From assembly GCA_031835245.2 (NCBI GenBank), contig JAVKOQ020000015.1:124001-188000 (forward strand): DNA of 64,000 nucleotides, in the 5' to 3' direction. Position 1 is the first letter of the stretch. Each line of letters starts with the position of its first letter. Under the pieces are notes generated by a model. The model did no database searches. It saw nothing but the letters and a program-made list of their open reading frames with translations, and had not been told where the DNA came from. Made by a program: the position numbers and the translations under genes. This DNA comes from Balamuthia mandrillaris. Taxonomy: Eukaryota. Positions 12,652 through 25,368 of the stretch are shown one piece after another.

Positions 12652-13389
12652 TTGGCTTTTCCCCCTCTCAAAACGATGTTCTCGTTTTTTTTCCTTTGTG
12701 GCTCCTGGAAGCTTACTAACGTAACTCTGATCTTTGTTTCTTCATCACTAGGAGTGTTTTTTTTTTGGCCGCTTCTCCCCATAGCTGTGGACTTTGTTAC
12801 ACCAAAAAAAAACTCCCAATAAAAATAACAAGGAAGTAAAACCGACCTTCTTCGCCTCTTCTTCCCATGTCACTCGGAGTTCTTCTCCCTCTCTCGACCC
12901 GAAAACACTTCCTCATGTTCGGCACCCTTCCGTTCTATCCATAGGGATACCCCCAACCATCCTACTACCCTACTATCTCGCACATATCCCCTTTTCCGAT
13001 GTAACTTGCTCGCCCCTTCCATCGCGGGCATACCACTCTTTGAGTGAGTATCAGGGGGCATGATGTACCTCTTGCTCAAGTCCAAGCAGGTTGCAGGCAG
13101 GAGGAGGCCAGAGGACATCCAACTCCTCTCTCTCTCTCTCTCGCCTGTTCACTTTGGTATCAGAGAAACTCACGTGTCGTCGTGAAATAGAATTTTTTGC
13201 AGCGCAAAAAATAATTGTTCAAACAATCGATATTCACGAATAATTTTTCCCGATATTTTTAAGGGTTGTTTTTTGGTGTGGCCAAGCTCCTCACCGCCTT
13301 GAGTGCTGGCATTCCCCTGTCAGATGGACAGTTTTCGAACCTGGTCATTTCACTGTAGAGTGGTTGTGAAGACAAAAAAGAATCCAAAG

Positions 13390-13980
13390 ATGGACAGCAG
13401 CGGATGTAGTGGTGGTATAGCTGGCCTGAATGCCTTTCTGGCCAAAGGCAAAGAAACTCTCTTAGCAGCCCTTTCTTCCTCCTCCTCCTCCTCCACTCCT
13501 TCTCCGCTTCCTCGCTGCTTCCACCTGGTGATGGGCAACAGGGCCTCCGATCTGGACTCGATGGTCTCCAGCCTGCTGCACGCCTTCTTTCGCTCCCTCT
13601 ACCCTCTGCCTTCCTGCAAAGAGGAGGGGCCACACGTTTACCTGCCGGTGTTCAACATACCGAGAGAGGAGCTGGCGTTTCGCACAGAGTCCGTTTGGTT
13701 GTTTCGCCAGGCTGGCCTGGAGCTCCCTTCCGTGCTTTTTGTGGATGAGGTTGACCTCTCTTCTCTGCTTTCATCGTTCGAGAAAGCTGGCATCAAGGTC
13801 TCTCTCTCTTTCCTGTCTATTCTCTGTGTCTGTCGCTGTGTCTTTGCTCTCTGTGCTTCTGCTCTACTCTCGTTGTGTCGCTGTCTCTGCTCTCTTCTCT
13901 CGTTCGTTGCTTCGCTGCTTCTTTCGTTCTCTCTCTCTCTCTCTCTCTCCTGTCCTCTCCTCTCTCCCTCTCCTCTTCGC

Positions 13981-14019
<39 letters not shown>

Positions 14020-14138
14020 GTCTCTCCTCTCTCTCCTCTCTCTCCTCTCTCTCCTCTCTCTTCTCTCTCTCTCCTCTCTCTTCTCTCTCTCCTCTCTCTT
14101 CTCTCTCTCCTCTCTCCTCTCTCCCTCTCCTTCTTCGC

Positions 14139-14171
<33 letters not shown>

Positions 14172-15288
14172 GTCTCTTCTCTGTCTCTCTCTCTCCTCTC
14201 TCTTCTCTCTCTCTCCTCTCTCCTCTCTCTCTCTCTCTCTCCCTTCTTGACGTCCCTCTTTCATTCGGTTCAACAGGTCCGTTTTGTGATGACAGACCAC
14301 AACAAGTTGGAAAAGGGACAAACGCAGTTCGCAGACGTGGTCGAAGAGATAGTGGACCATCATGAGGATGAAGGACTTTATGGCCCATCCGTGCAACGGC
14401 GTGTTATTGCCAAAGTAGGCTCTGCGTGTACGCTTGTTGCTGAGGAGCTTCTTCAAGGTTTGTTTCTTTCTCTCAATATCGTCATTTCTTTCTTCCTTTC
14501 TTGTTGTTTCTTTTTTTTTCTGCCTTCTCTTAATATGTCTTACGGGAGCAGAGGAAGGAGCAGCGGAAACTTTGTTGGACGATGTGTTAGCCAAACTATT
14601 GGCAGGCACCATCGCCTTAGACACCGTAGACTTCAACCCTAACGCAGGGCGATGCACCGATCGAGATATCCAAGTTTTCTCCTCCTTAAAACAACGCTTC
14701 TCCTCCTCCTCGTCTTCTTCTTCGTTACCTGCTTTCGATGCTTTAGCTCAACATCTACAAAAAGCAAAGTTCGATGTCTCTTCTCTCACCAGCAATCAAC
14801 TGCTTCGTAAAGACTACAAAGAATGGGACTTTGAACTCGCGCCATCGTTATCCCATCTTCTTCCTTCTTCCACAACGAAAAAGAAGTTGGTGGTTGGCAT
14901 AAGCTCGTTTGGTCAAAGCGTGGAGCAATGGTTCAAACGAGCGGAAGAACAACAAGAAGACGTGATTGTGGAATTGGCAAAGTACTATAGGCACAGAGCG
15001 TTACATCTGCTTCTCGTCATGACAAGTTTTTTTCTTGAAGAAGAAGAGGACTTTTGTAGAGAATTGGTGATCTACTGCGAAGGACAGGAGATGAAAGAGT
15101 TGTTCAAGCACGTGAAGACAGCATTATGTGACGAAGGAGAGTTGTTGGATCTTGAAGAAAACGACAAGTGGAAAGAAAAGTTATCTTCTTCTTCCAGCGA
15201 CGTTTTTATTTCTGTATTTACACAAGGAAACGTCAAGACTTCACGCAAGGTTCTTCAACCCTTTTTGGCTGACCACTTTTGTGTTTGA
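13390..15288 (+). CDS. PRUNE: PRUNE/PPX1-like exopolyphosphatase (DHH family)
   Basis: MGNRASDLDS, TDHN, IVDHH, VGSACTLVAE, IALDTVDF, LLRKDYKEW and SRKVLQP motifs; three exons. Confidence 0.9.
13798..14250. repeat. Long CT-rich microsatellite tract filling PRUNE intron 1
   Basis: About 450 bp dominated by (CT)n and CTCTCCTCT units, almost purely pyrimidine in its 3' half. Confidence 0.9.
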
Positions 15289-15641
15289 GACGCAACACCC
15301 AAAGAAGATAAGTCTGCTATTTTTTTTTCTTCAGTTTAAATGAATTGTTTTAAATGTTTTTTCTCTTCTCTCGTGGCTTCGCATGCTTTATTAACGTTTA
15401 AGTCCAAACCGAATAATTTGTACTCTTTCTTTCTCTGCCATCTATAATTTGTCCTCAGGTCTCTTCTCTCATTCTATCTCCTTTCGTATTCTCTGCAGGG
15501 ACGTGCTTCATAAGACAGAAGTTCTTTGTTTATTCTCGGCAACCAACGGAAAACGATACTCACAATACCGTGGAGACAGCGCTAACCGCTCACCAGCTTG
15601 CATCCACGATATTGTGAGTATTGTTCTGCAATTCTCCGTTT

Positions 15642-17443
15642 TTACTGGTCCGTTTTGGCTTCGTCTGTGGCGGCCAAACGAGCACGAAGAGCTGCCAGCT
15701 CAGCACAGCGCTTCTTGTAGGCGCTCCTTTCTTGCTTATACATCTCCTTCGTCTTCACCACCACCACGCAATAGTCTCCATAGCGAGCTTTTGCTGCGAA
15801 TGTTGCCGAGTATGCATGTGTGCTTGGCGCTCCTTTGGCGTGAGTCGCGGCAAAGCTACGTGCGCTGCTATAACTATGAAAGCCGTCAATTATGGTTGAC
15901 TGCTGGGTGCTCCTAAGAAAGCTCAACAGCTGCTGCTCTTCCTCCGATTCTTTGGCGAAGTGATAGGGCTCACGACATAACTGTGCGTGTGGCTGCTCCC
16001 AACTGAACGCTGGAGGGCCGTTGCCCACAAGCATTTCCAACTCCTTAATGCAAGGCTCTGCAAGCAGCAAGAAGAGCTTCTTCTGAAACGCAGGCCACCC
16101 ACCGAGCTCGTCATTGAGGTAGCGATTAGCCTCCTCGACGCCAACAGCTCGTACTATCGCGTTGCACACCTCGTGTGCCCGCTCAACATCATCCACAGAG
16201 GCACAAAATGCTAGAGCAGGAATCAGGAGAGTTTCAAGCTCCGAGGAGAAGTCCTTCGTTGTGTTGAGGATGGCACCGATAGTGTCGTGAGCGATGGCTC
16301 TGGCAGCAAGGGGCGCACTGGATAAGAGGTGGGTGGCCATAGAAAGGCGATGAGGAAGAGTGATGAAGTTGGTTGCATGAAGGAGAGCCATCACGTGATG
16401 TTCGATGTCTGACCATTCCCATTTCTCTGCCATAAGATGCAAAGGTTGGTGAAGAAAGAACAAGCAAGTGGTACCAGTATTAGCTTGGCGCCATGTACTT
16501 TCGAAATGAGCATTCCCAAACGAGGATGAATGGTCGGCTGGTGCTTCTCTCTCCGTGAGGGCTTGTGTGATGGCGGCCAGCAGTTGGAGCGCTCGAGAGG
16601 GAGTGGCGTTCGTTTTCACGACAGCCTCCAGAATCGCCTGAACAGCTGGCATACTCTTGAGACCCTTCTCCAAGACCCATGCTGCAACCACCTCCATACG
16701 TTGCAGACGAGCACAGTCACTGTCTGAACTAGACTCTCGGAGGAAGCGCACCGATCATCAGAAATAGAATGAGCAATCTGCTTGCCGAGATCCTCCAGGT
16801 CTTCTGGTAAGTAACTAGAGCAGAGCTTGGATGGCTGTGTATGTAGAACCAACTCCAAGATACGTTGCAGACGAGCACAGTCACCGCCAAGTAAGCACTG
16901 CAATAGCAGAGATACTCCTTTTGCAATAGACTGAGCGGAACAAGACGTGCGGCCCACAGGATGCTGCTTTGAGTTGGACAAGTCACTCCATAGGTCCAAC
17001 ACTTGGTCGACCTTTCACAGCAGTTCCTCTTCGTTGCTCTTTGAAGCGTGAGCACAGACATTTCATCTTCAGCATCATCATCTTCTTCTTCATCGTCGCC
17101 GTCCTCGTCGTAATCTCCTCTTTTACTGCGGCCATAGGAGCTTAAGGAGGGAAAGGAATGGTCAGTGCCATAAGAATTGTCATAGTGTTTGGTGTCCGTG
17201 AGCGCTAAGGAAAGAGGCATCAGCAGAGGTGAGAGGGAGCCGAGAGATGGCCCTTCCTTTCACGACCAGACCGGGGTCAGTGGGCAAGTCGGGAGCTGCG
17301 CCACCCACACTGGTGGTGCTCGTAACAGGCAAGCGTTGAAGGAGTTTCGTGAGGGCGGAGATAGTGCTTTCGTCCTCTTCCTCCTCTGAGGTATCGCCGA
17401 AAGTAGTTTCCTCCTCTTCACGTCGCTCCACCGCTTTCTCCAT
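15642..17443 (-). pseudogene. Fragmented intronless gene resembling 2OG-Fe(II) oxygenase-associated proteins, with the catalytic core apparently missing
   Basis: N-terminal SVGGAAPDLPTDPGLVVKG..RLPLTSADA and C-terminal WEQPHA..SFLRS..F..ARSFA..YSATF..VVVVKTKEMY resemble the ends of that family. The region is broken over four frames with no usable intron signals. Confidence 0.5.
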
Positions 17444-18414
17444 TGTTCTTATCTGTTGTTCCTTCTCCTTATTTTTTAAAGGTTACGAGTTTGTGTCTCT
17501 TCGCCAGACAAGGAAACACCTTCGCTCGTAGCAAAAGAACCACTTTCACCCACAAAGGACTCTTTAATCTCTTTTGTTTTGTTTGTTCTTTTTTTATTGT
17601 GCAATAATATTAGCCAAGTTTCCTGGTGCTCCTGCATAAACCTAACGCCTTCCCTTGTGGAGAACAACATCAAAAAATAGAACAGCAACCCAATCATGGG
17701 GTCACCTGTTGGGAGCATCGAAACAACGGAGGAAGCAGAAAAACGAAGACCGCAGAAACGAACTTCTTCCGAGTAGACTACAACGACTATGTTTGCTTAC
17801 GCTCCATGGAAAAACAAGAATGCACAGGGAAAAGCTCAACCAGAGCAGCATTGAAACTGCCTTTCCCAGCAATTCAACAAATGACCGGTTGATTGTGACC
17901 GTTGCCTGCTTCTGATAACCAGCGCTACTGCAACCTGGTTCGCCGCTCACCTGAAACAAACCTCCCGCCACCTTGACCCGACCGGACCGATAACTCCGGC
18001 AACCACCTGCTCCTTGGCCTCCCCTCTGGTGGCAATAAATGCTAAAATTGCTCAGCCAATCGCGGAGCAGCGAATGATCTTCGTTTGTCCTTTTATAGTA
18101 AATCTCGACTGTTTTTCTGATTTTGGATTGGCGTTTTGAATATTTTCGCGGAGATCAAATGATTGCAACGGTTTTATTATTGGGGAGTAACAGATAGCGT
18201 TATCTCTTTCTCCAATATTTTTTTGGTTGTCTGTGCCCTTTCGCGCTCTTAAACTCGGGCAGCTGCGACATTAACCACCACACACGGCACGACAGAAAGA
18301 ACGACAAAAGCAGCGACATCTGGTTAACTAGTCCGACTTGACTTCTATTACTTCGAGATACAGTTTATATTTTATTTTTGTGCGACACATCGTGAGCGTA
18401 ACAAACCAGAAGGA

Positions 18415-18490
18415 ATGAACACTCCTTACATGCTTCTGCTGATGCTTCTCTTCCTAGCTAGCACTCCTCTGTGCTTTGGTACTGTCGCTA

Positions 18491-18536
<46 letters not shown>

Positions 18537-20000
18537 CTGCTCATTCACACTAACGCATTCAACGTTGCTTGTTTTGCTTGCAGGCGGGCTTTGTGGGGGA
18601 AAGCCCAGTTGCCCTCCAGTGGAACTCATATTCGTGCTCGACACCTCCAGCAGCATGCAGGACGAGGCTCGCACGCTCTGCTCCCACATTGACAACATCG
18701 TGGACGAGCTCCAAGACAGCGGCATCGACTTTGTGAGAGACCCGGACACCAACCGGCCGGAGGTCCTCCAGCTTGGCATCGCCTGGTGGAACAACGACGA
18801 CACCTGGCTCTACGGCCACAACTTCTATCCCGACTATGAGGAGAACCGCTTCACCTGTCTCTCCAGCGACGTGACGAGGCTCTACGCTCCTGCCGACCCA
18901 GAGGACGAGCCCTACATCCCGTTCGTCGACTCGGACAATGACCCCAACTACAAGCCTTACAAGCCTTCCTCCTCCAGGGGCTGCCGCTTCCCTACCTCTG
19001 GCGACACCAGGGACGAGGTCTCGGTGGATGACGGCAACAACAACGACGAGTGTTGGGGTCCAGCCATCGCCATGGTGGCCGCTCGCCATCCCTGGAGGTC
19101 CAACTCGGTCCGCTTGGTGACCGTCATCTCCGACGAAGGCCCTTGCAACGGCTCCCCACTGGGCACCAACCAACGAAGCGTCCTCAACGCGGCCGACTGG
19201 CTGACCGTCCGCAACGCCATGGACGTGGCCGCTGCACACAAGGTCATCGTCTCTCCTATCCTGGGCACCATCCCCTCACGCACGGACCCGACGGAGATCG
19301 CCTGGGCCATGGGCAACATCAGCGAGGCCACCGGCGGCGTCCTGGGCCGCACCCAGGGAGAGGACGCCGAGTCCAACCTGGTGGAGCTGATCAAGCACCT
19401 GGTGGAGAGCGCCTGCGTGGAGGCCCACACCGGCTGCGACGACAACGACCCCTGCACCGTGAACGACGCCTGCGTGATGGTGGGCGACGAGGAGGCCTGC
19501 GTGGGCCAGCCCGCCTTGCCCTGCCCCGACGGCACCTTGGAAGCCAACGGGGATACCTGCTTCTGCATGTACGTACTCCTCTTCTCTTCTCTCCGGCAGC
19601 TGGACTCTTGAAAAAAAAAGACCTTCACTAACCGACACTACACAAAAAAAAAAGACCCCCACCCTCCTCTTCCTCATCTTCGTCTGAAGAAGAGGCCTCC
19701 TCTTCCTCTTCGGACTTCTTCCCACCGCCAGAGGAGGAGGATGGCGTGGAGAAGGAGGACGGCGGCGGCGAGGACGACCCCGAAGCGGGGATCATCGGCG
19801 GGGCCGTGGCCGGCGGGGCGGTACTGCTGGGCGCGGCAGCGGCGGCGGCCGGCGTGGCCAGCTGGCTGTACTACAAGAAGAAAGCGGCGGCGGCTGCTGG
19901 CACGGCCACCTGGGCAGGGTCCGACAACCTGGAGGCCGCCATGATCAACCCGCTGCACGAGAACTCCCCCACCGCTGGCACCAACGCGCTCTTTGAGTGA
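18415..20000 (+). CDS. Type I membrane vWA protein, Sib/integrin-beta-like
   Basis: Signal peptide; vWA with MIDAS DTSSS and WRSNSVRLVTVISDE; CDDNDPCTVNDAC repeat; Gly/Ala-rich TM; tail with NPLH and NALF. Three exons in phase. Confidence 0.8.
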
Positions 20001-20220
20001 GCCAAGGAAGGGAGAGAGAGGAGCAAGACCAAAGGACTTTGGTTAAAAGTTCAGCGGCTGTACAGGAGGGGAGAAAGATTGGTTGTGTGCTTAGAGCAGT
20101 TTGTACATAAAAATCAAAAATCAGTTTGTTCATAAGTGAAGAGAGAGAAAATCTCTTTCAACACATTAAATGTTTTTTTGTTGTGTGATGCGTAGAAATA
20201 AAAAAATAAGAGATGGGAGT

Positions 20221-20626
20221 TTAAGCAGAGTGTTGCTGTACAAGTTGCTTGAGCTTCTCGTTGTTGGCGCCACACATGTCCCCTACCTTCTTGCCGTTCT
20301 TGTAGAAGAAGAAAGTGGGCATGGCGGTGACGCCGAGCTTGCCAGCCAAGGCATCGGCCTCATCGACGTCCATCTTGAGGAAGACCACGTTGGGCATCTC
20401 CTTGGAGAGCTGCTCCACAAAGGGGGCGATCCTCTTGCAAGGGCCACACCACTCAGCAAAGCAATCAATCACTACCTTTTTTAAAAAAAAAAAAATAGTA
20501 AAGAGTTCAACGATGACGATCACTTAAAGACTCTCACTTGTAAAAAAAAAAATCTCGTACCAGCTTATCTCCAGCAGCCTCGAACTCGCTGTTCAGCTCG
20601 GCTTCGCTCTTGATTTTCTTCACCAT
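20221..20626 (-). CDS. TRX: Thioredoxin
   Basis: VVIDCFAEWCGPCKRIAP..AMPTFFFYKNG; two exons. Confidence 0.95.
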
Positions 20627-21336
20627 TTTTTGTGTTTGTTGTTATGTGTATTTGCGTGTGTGGGTATGTGCAACGTTTTATGTGTGTTACACAAAAAAAA
20701 AAAAACTCAAAGGTCAGCGAAAAAAAATAAAAGGTGGAAGCTAACGGGTAAAAATATTTGTTTCAGCTGTGGCGGGAAAAAAAAATGAGGGATAGCGTTA
20801 TCCGCCTTTTTGGAGTTTTCATCGGAAAGATGCACCGAATTTCGTTAGCTTCTTTGTTTGATTTCCACGCAACTTATTCCCCGAACCAACTGGAAATCAA
20901 ATAGATCTCAGAGATCGAACCAATCGTTTTCACATCGATGTCGTCAGCAAGCGACAACGGTGCACTTTGGCCCAGGCCGAAAAGGAATAAGATTGTGTCT
21001 AGAGAGGCGCCAATGATTCTCCCCGAATCCTCAGCAAGAAAGAACAATGTTGTCCGTTGAAAACGGCCCGTGTTGGTTTTTCAAATAACACTCCACTCGT
21101 TTTGTTTCCATCAGACAAAAACAGGCTTGCAGCAGCGTCCCAACGAAAGAACAGCTCTCCCGTGCTTTTGCCCGAAAAAGCGCTGCTTGTTGTGCCTTCG
21201 TGGCGGGCAAAAGCCGTCCACAGTTAACGTCTTTCTCGTCACAAATTACCAACAAAAATAATAAAAAAAAGAAATATAATTCAATAATAAAATAAAATAA
21301 AAAGGAAGAGAGAGAAAGAAAGAAGAGACCAAAACA

Positions 21337-24300
21337 ATGGACACGCGACGCGAACGAAGACGCCGCAGGCTCCAGGAAGAAGCCGCTGCCGCGTCCACCA
21401 CCTCTTCCTCGGCATCCACAACCACCACCACCGCTACCGACAGCACCAGCGCCTCCTCCTCCTCTTCCTCTTCCCCTTCCTCCTCCTACTCCTCCTCCTC
21501 TGTGTCCGATGCCTCTCCCTCTCCCCGGTCGCCCTCTCCCTCGGCCGCCTCTCGCCTGAGCCTTCGCACGGAGAGGCGTGAGAGACGGCGCAGCGTGTCC
21601 CCGCAACGCTCCCTCTCCGCCACCACCACTCCTCGCGACGGCAACGCCTCCACCTCCCCCGTGGACGCCACCTCCTCCTCCTCCTCCATCGCCACCGTCT
21701 CCACCACCGTCTCCCGCGCCTCCCAGAAGGAGGAGCCCACCACCGACTCCCCCGCCTCCTCCTCCTCCGCCGTGCCGACCACCGCCTCTCTTCTCTCCTC
21801 CAGCAGCACCGCCGTCGTTCTGCCGGTCTCCTCCGCCCCGTTGGGCAGCATGACGGAGGAGCAGGAGGCCCAGTGGCTGGCCAAGCTGAGGCAGGAGTAC
21901 AACGCCATGCCCCTGGAGCAGCTGGACGCCAAGGTCGCCACCATGGAGGACGAGCTCAAGAAGACGCAGCACCGCCTGGACGTGGCCCTCCAGATCCTGG
22001 CCACCCTGGAGGCCGAGGAGCTGGACCTCATCAAGAAGCAGAAGGACCTTATGGAGGAGGAGTGGTCCAAGGCTAAGGAACGCTTGGAGCAGCTGTTGAC
22101 AGACAAGATTGGCACTCGACTTAGGGTTCGTATTTGCTCTCTCCTTCTCTTTCGCTCCTTTCTCTTCTCCACTGTCTCTTCTCTGCTTCTCTGCCTTCTC
22201 TTCTCCCGTTTCCTCGTTCTCTCTTGTGCCCTACTCTTTCTTTCTTGTATTCTTCTATAGGAAGCAGTTTACCAATGTCTTTCTTCTTCCTTTTCTCCTT
22301 CTCTTCCTGTGAAAAGGTGGAATATTTGGGAGACGCCGAACGCAACAAAGAAACGGACAGACTGCAACGTATCGCCCGCAAGAAAGAAAGCTTGGACCAG
22401 CAACAGCAAGCCGTTCATGCCAAAGTGGTCTCTCGCGCCAACAAAAAGCGAGAAGTGGAGGAGGAGCGCAACAAGCTCCAAAAGGAGTTGGAATTGGCTC
22501 AATCCATCAGCACCGAGAGAGCTCTTAAAGCCACCAAGCAGGAAGCCCTTGACAAGGAAAACTTGTTTCTCAACTCTCCGGTAAAAACTCTCTTATTGTT
22601 GTTATTGTTTTATCTTTTGCAGCGAAAGGACATGAGTACTCAATACTTACGAAACAACAACACATAGTTGATGCAAACGATGATGTTGGGCCAAAGGCTT
22701 GAAGAGGCCGAACGCGAAAAGAATCTTGTGGAGGAAACCGAGTTGGAAGGCTTTGTCCTCTCTGAATCCCAGCTCAAAGAAATCCTTGAGTTCTCCTTCG
22801 ATGAGACCACCGAAGTGGTCTCCAAACGCCTCAGCACGCGTCTCGTCCGCTTCCACGTGAAGAAAGAAGGCAAAGGCGAGGCTAACATCGAGCGCATGAA
22901 GGAGGACGGTTCCATTTGGATCACCGCCACCCGAGAGATGACCCGCTTCGTGGTGGAGAAGATTCGGATATGCTCCGCCAAGTTCGCCACCACACCCGCT
23001 CCTCTCCCTACCAACACGGAGGAGATCATCGCAGAGGTCATGCAGAAGCTCCGTCTGTTGCTCAGGCCGGCCGTGCAGGAGGAGGTCAAGGCAGCGGTGA
23101 CGAGGGCGCTGGCCACCATGGAGTATGCCACCCCTGCCAGAGTGGACATGTTGGAGGAGCAGCTGTGGCTGCTGCAGAACAAGATGTCGGACCTGCCGGC
23201 CACGCTATCGAGGGTGTCGGCTGTTGTTGCTGCTCAGGGCGGTCCTTCCTCCTTTGCCAACGAAGGTACACTTCGCGTTAAGTTTTTTGTTTGTGTGTTT
23301 TTGTTTGTGTTTTTGTTTCGGTTCTTTGTCTGTTTAACAAACAAACCACAGGATTGGAAGGCGAAGACGAGATCGACAGCGAGAAGCAAACAGCCTACTC
23401 CAAGAAGCTCGAGGAGTTTATGGCTAAGCTCAACGAAGAGCGAGCCCTCAATACAGAGCACGAGGAGCGCCAAAAGATGTATCAGCTGCAAATCCAAGCC
23501 CTCCACGATGAGCGCAAGGAGGTAGAGGCAGAGCTCATGGAGCTCCGAGAGATTACTTTGAGGGAGCTCAAGGAGAGAGAGCACTTGGAGGCTCAGTTGG
23601 ACTTGATGGAAGGCAAAGGCATCACCGTTCCCTCTGCCGCTCAAGTCTCTGAGGAGGTGGCTGCCTCCATTACTGCCTCTTCTTCCTCGACCGTTCCCGT
23701 CGCTTCTGCTTCCAACGAGACTGGAGGAGGTTCTGGTCCTTCTTCCGCTGGAGGAAGCACCGCCGTCTCACCAACGGTCAGCCGCAAGGAAAAAGGCGCT
23801 GCCTCTGCTGCCTCCAACATCAAAAAGTCACTCATTCAGATCTGTAAGCGGGAGGGCCGTTTGCACGCTCGCATGGTGGAGCCCGTCGCCGCCTCCTTGA
23901 ACAAAGCGGACGTCTTCATCCTGGACCTCGGCTCCAAGATCTTCTCCTGGAACGGCGTGACTGCCTCTCGCAGCAAGAGGACAAAGGGTATGGACGTGGC
24001 GGTACGCATGAACAAGTATCAGAGGGCAGGCAAGGCCGAAATCACCGTCATAGAGGACGAGCAGGAGGAGGGTCCGGAGGAGTTTTGGGAGGCTTTGGAG
24101 GGCAAGCCGGCCTACATCCCCAAGATGGAGGTCGAGCCGCCTCCTATCAAGGACACCCTTTACAGGTTTGTTTCATTCTTTGGTGTATTCTAAGAGAAGA
24201 CATTAACTTTTTCAAACGAAAGGGTATTGGGCATTCAAGCGGTGCCAATGGAAGGCAAGCTGACCCGCTCCCGCCTGGACAGCCAGTTTGTTTGGATCCT

Positions 24301-24865
24301 GGACTGCGGCACCGAGGTCTACGTCTGGTGCGGCAAGCGGGCCAACGCCCAGCGCCAGAACGACGCCAAGAAGGCCGTCAAGGAGCTCTACCAAAAGCAC
24401 GAGCGCCCCTCTTGGGCCGTCCTCAAGAAGATCAACGAGGCCAAGGAGCCCGTCCTCTTCCAGGAAAAGTTTGAGGAGTGGAAGACCATGTCCTCCGCTG
24501 CGGACAGCGGCGGGGTGGCCAAAGCGGACAAGCCCACCCCTCTCAACAACAAAGGCGGCAGAAAGGGAGTGGTGGTGAAGGGCCCCGGCGGCGCCTCTCC
24601 CTCCGCCTCCGCTGCCATCGTGCCGCCTGCCGCTGCCACGGGCGGAGCCACCAACTTGGAGGCCATCTTGGAGGCCTACGACCAGACCTACAGCTACGAG
24701 CAGCTGAAGAGCGGGGACTACCCGGCCTCCGTGGATGAGTCCAAGAAGGAGAGCTACCTCTCGGATGCGGAGTTCCAGAAGCTGTTTGGCATGGACAAGG
24801 CCGCCTTCTACAAGCAACCCGCTTGGAAGATCACCCAAGACAAGAAGAAGCTGAAACTGTTTTAA
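21337..24865 (+). CDS. Villin/gelsolin-family protein: long coiled-coil N-terminus, two gelsolin repeats, villin headpiece
   Basis: SLNKADVFILDLGSKIFSWNG, LDSQFVWILDCGTEVYVWCGK, headpiece KESYLSDAEFQKLFGMDKAAFYKQPAWK..KKKLKLF; five exons in phase. Confidence 0.9.
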
Positions 24866-25368
24866 AAAGAACGGCCAGAGCGTGGCTTAAAACAACGAAG
24901 CCACAAAAAAAACTTTTATTCAACAAATAAAATAATGTAACTTTACAGAACAATATTTTTATTTATTCTATTTATTTTATTTTATTTTATTTTTATTTTA
25001 TTATTTTTATTTTTTTTTATGGTTAGTGTTCCTAACCGCCGAAGTATAAAAACCGAAAGGAACGAGGCATTCGTTGATAAAATATATTAAAGGCAGAAGG
25101 AAAAGGAGATGATATCGTTATTTTAAAATCCTATATTGGAATTTTCCAATCGAAGATATTGTCGTTATATTACGGTTATATTAATGGGAATGGAAGTTTG
25201 CAGGTAACCCACCACGAAAGCAGAGCAGGGCCAAACTTTTTTTTTTCCAAAGCACGAATACTCAGGGACAACAAGAGAGACGGTGGCATCCTCTCCTTTC
25301 CCCCGAACAAACGTACCTCCGAGAGCAACAGACCAAGACACCGTTTAGCTCCCCCAAGAGACTCAACG

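Noticed and set aside
17890..18035. SRP-RNA-like AGG..AGCAGG on the minus strand
   Set aside because: No GNRA-capped helix 8; reads better as a decayed F-box-like coding fragment.
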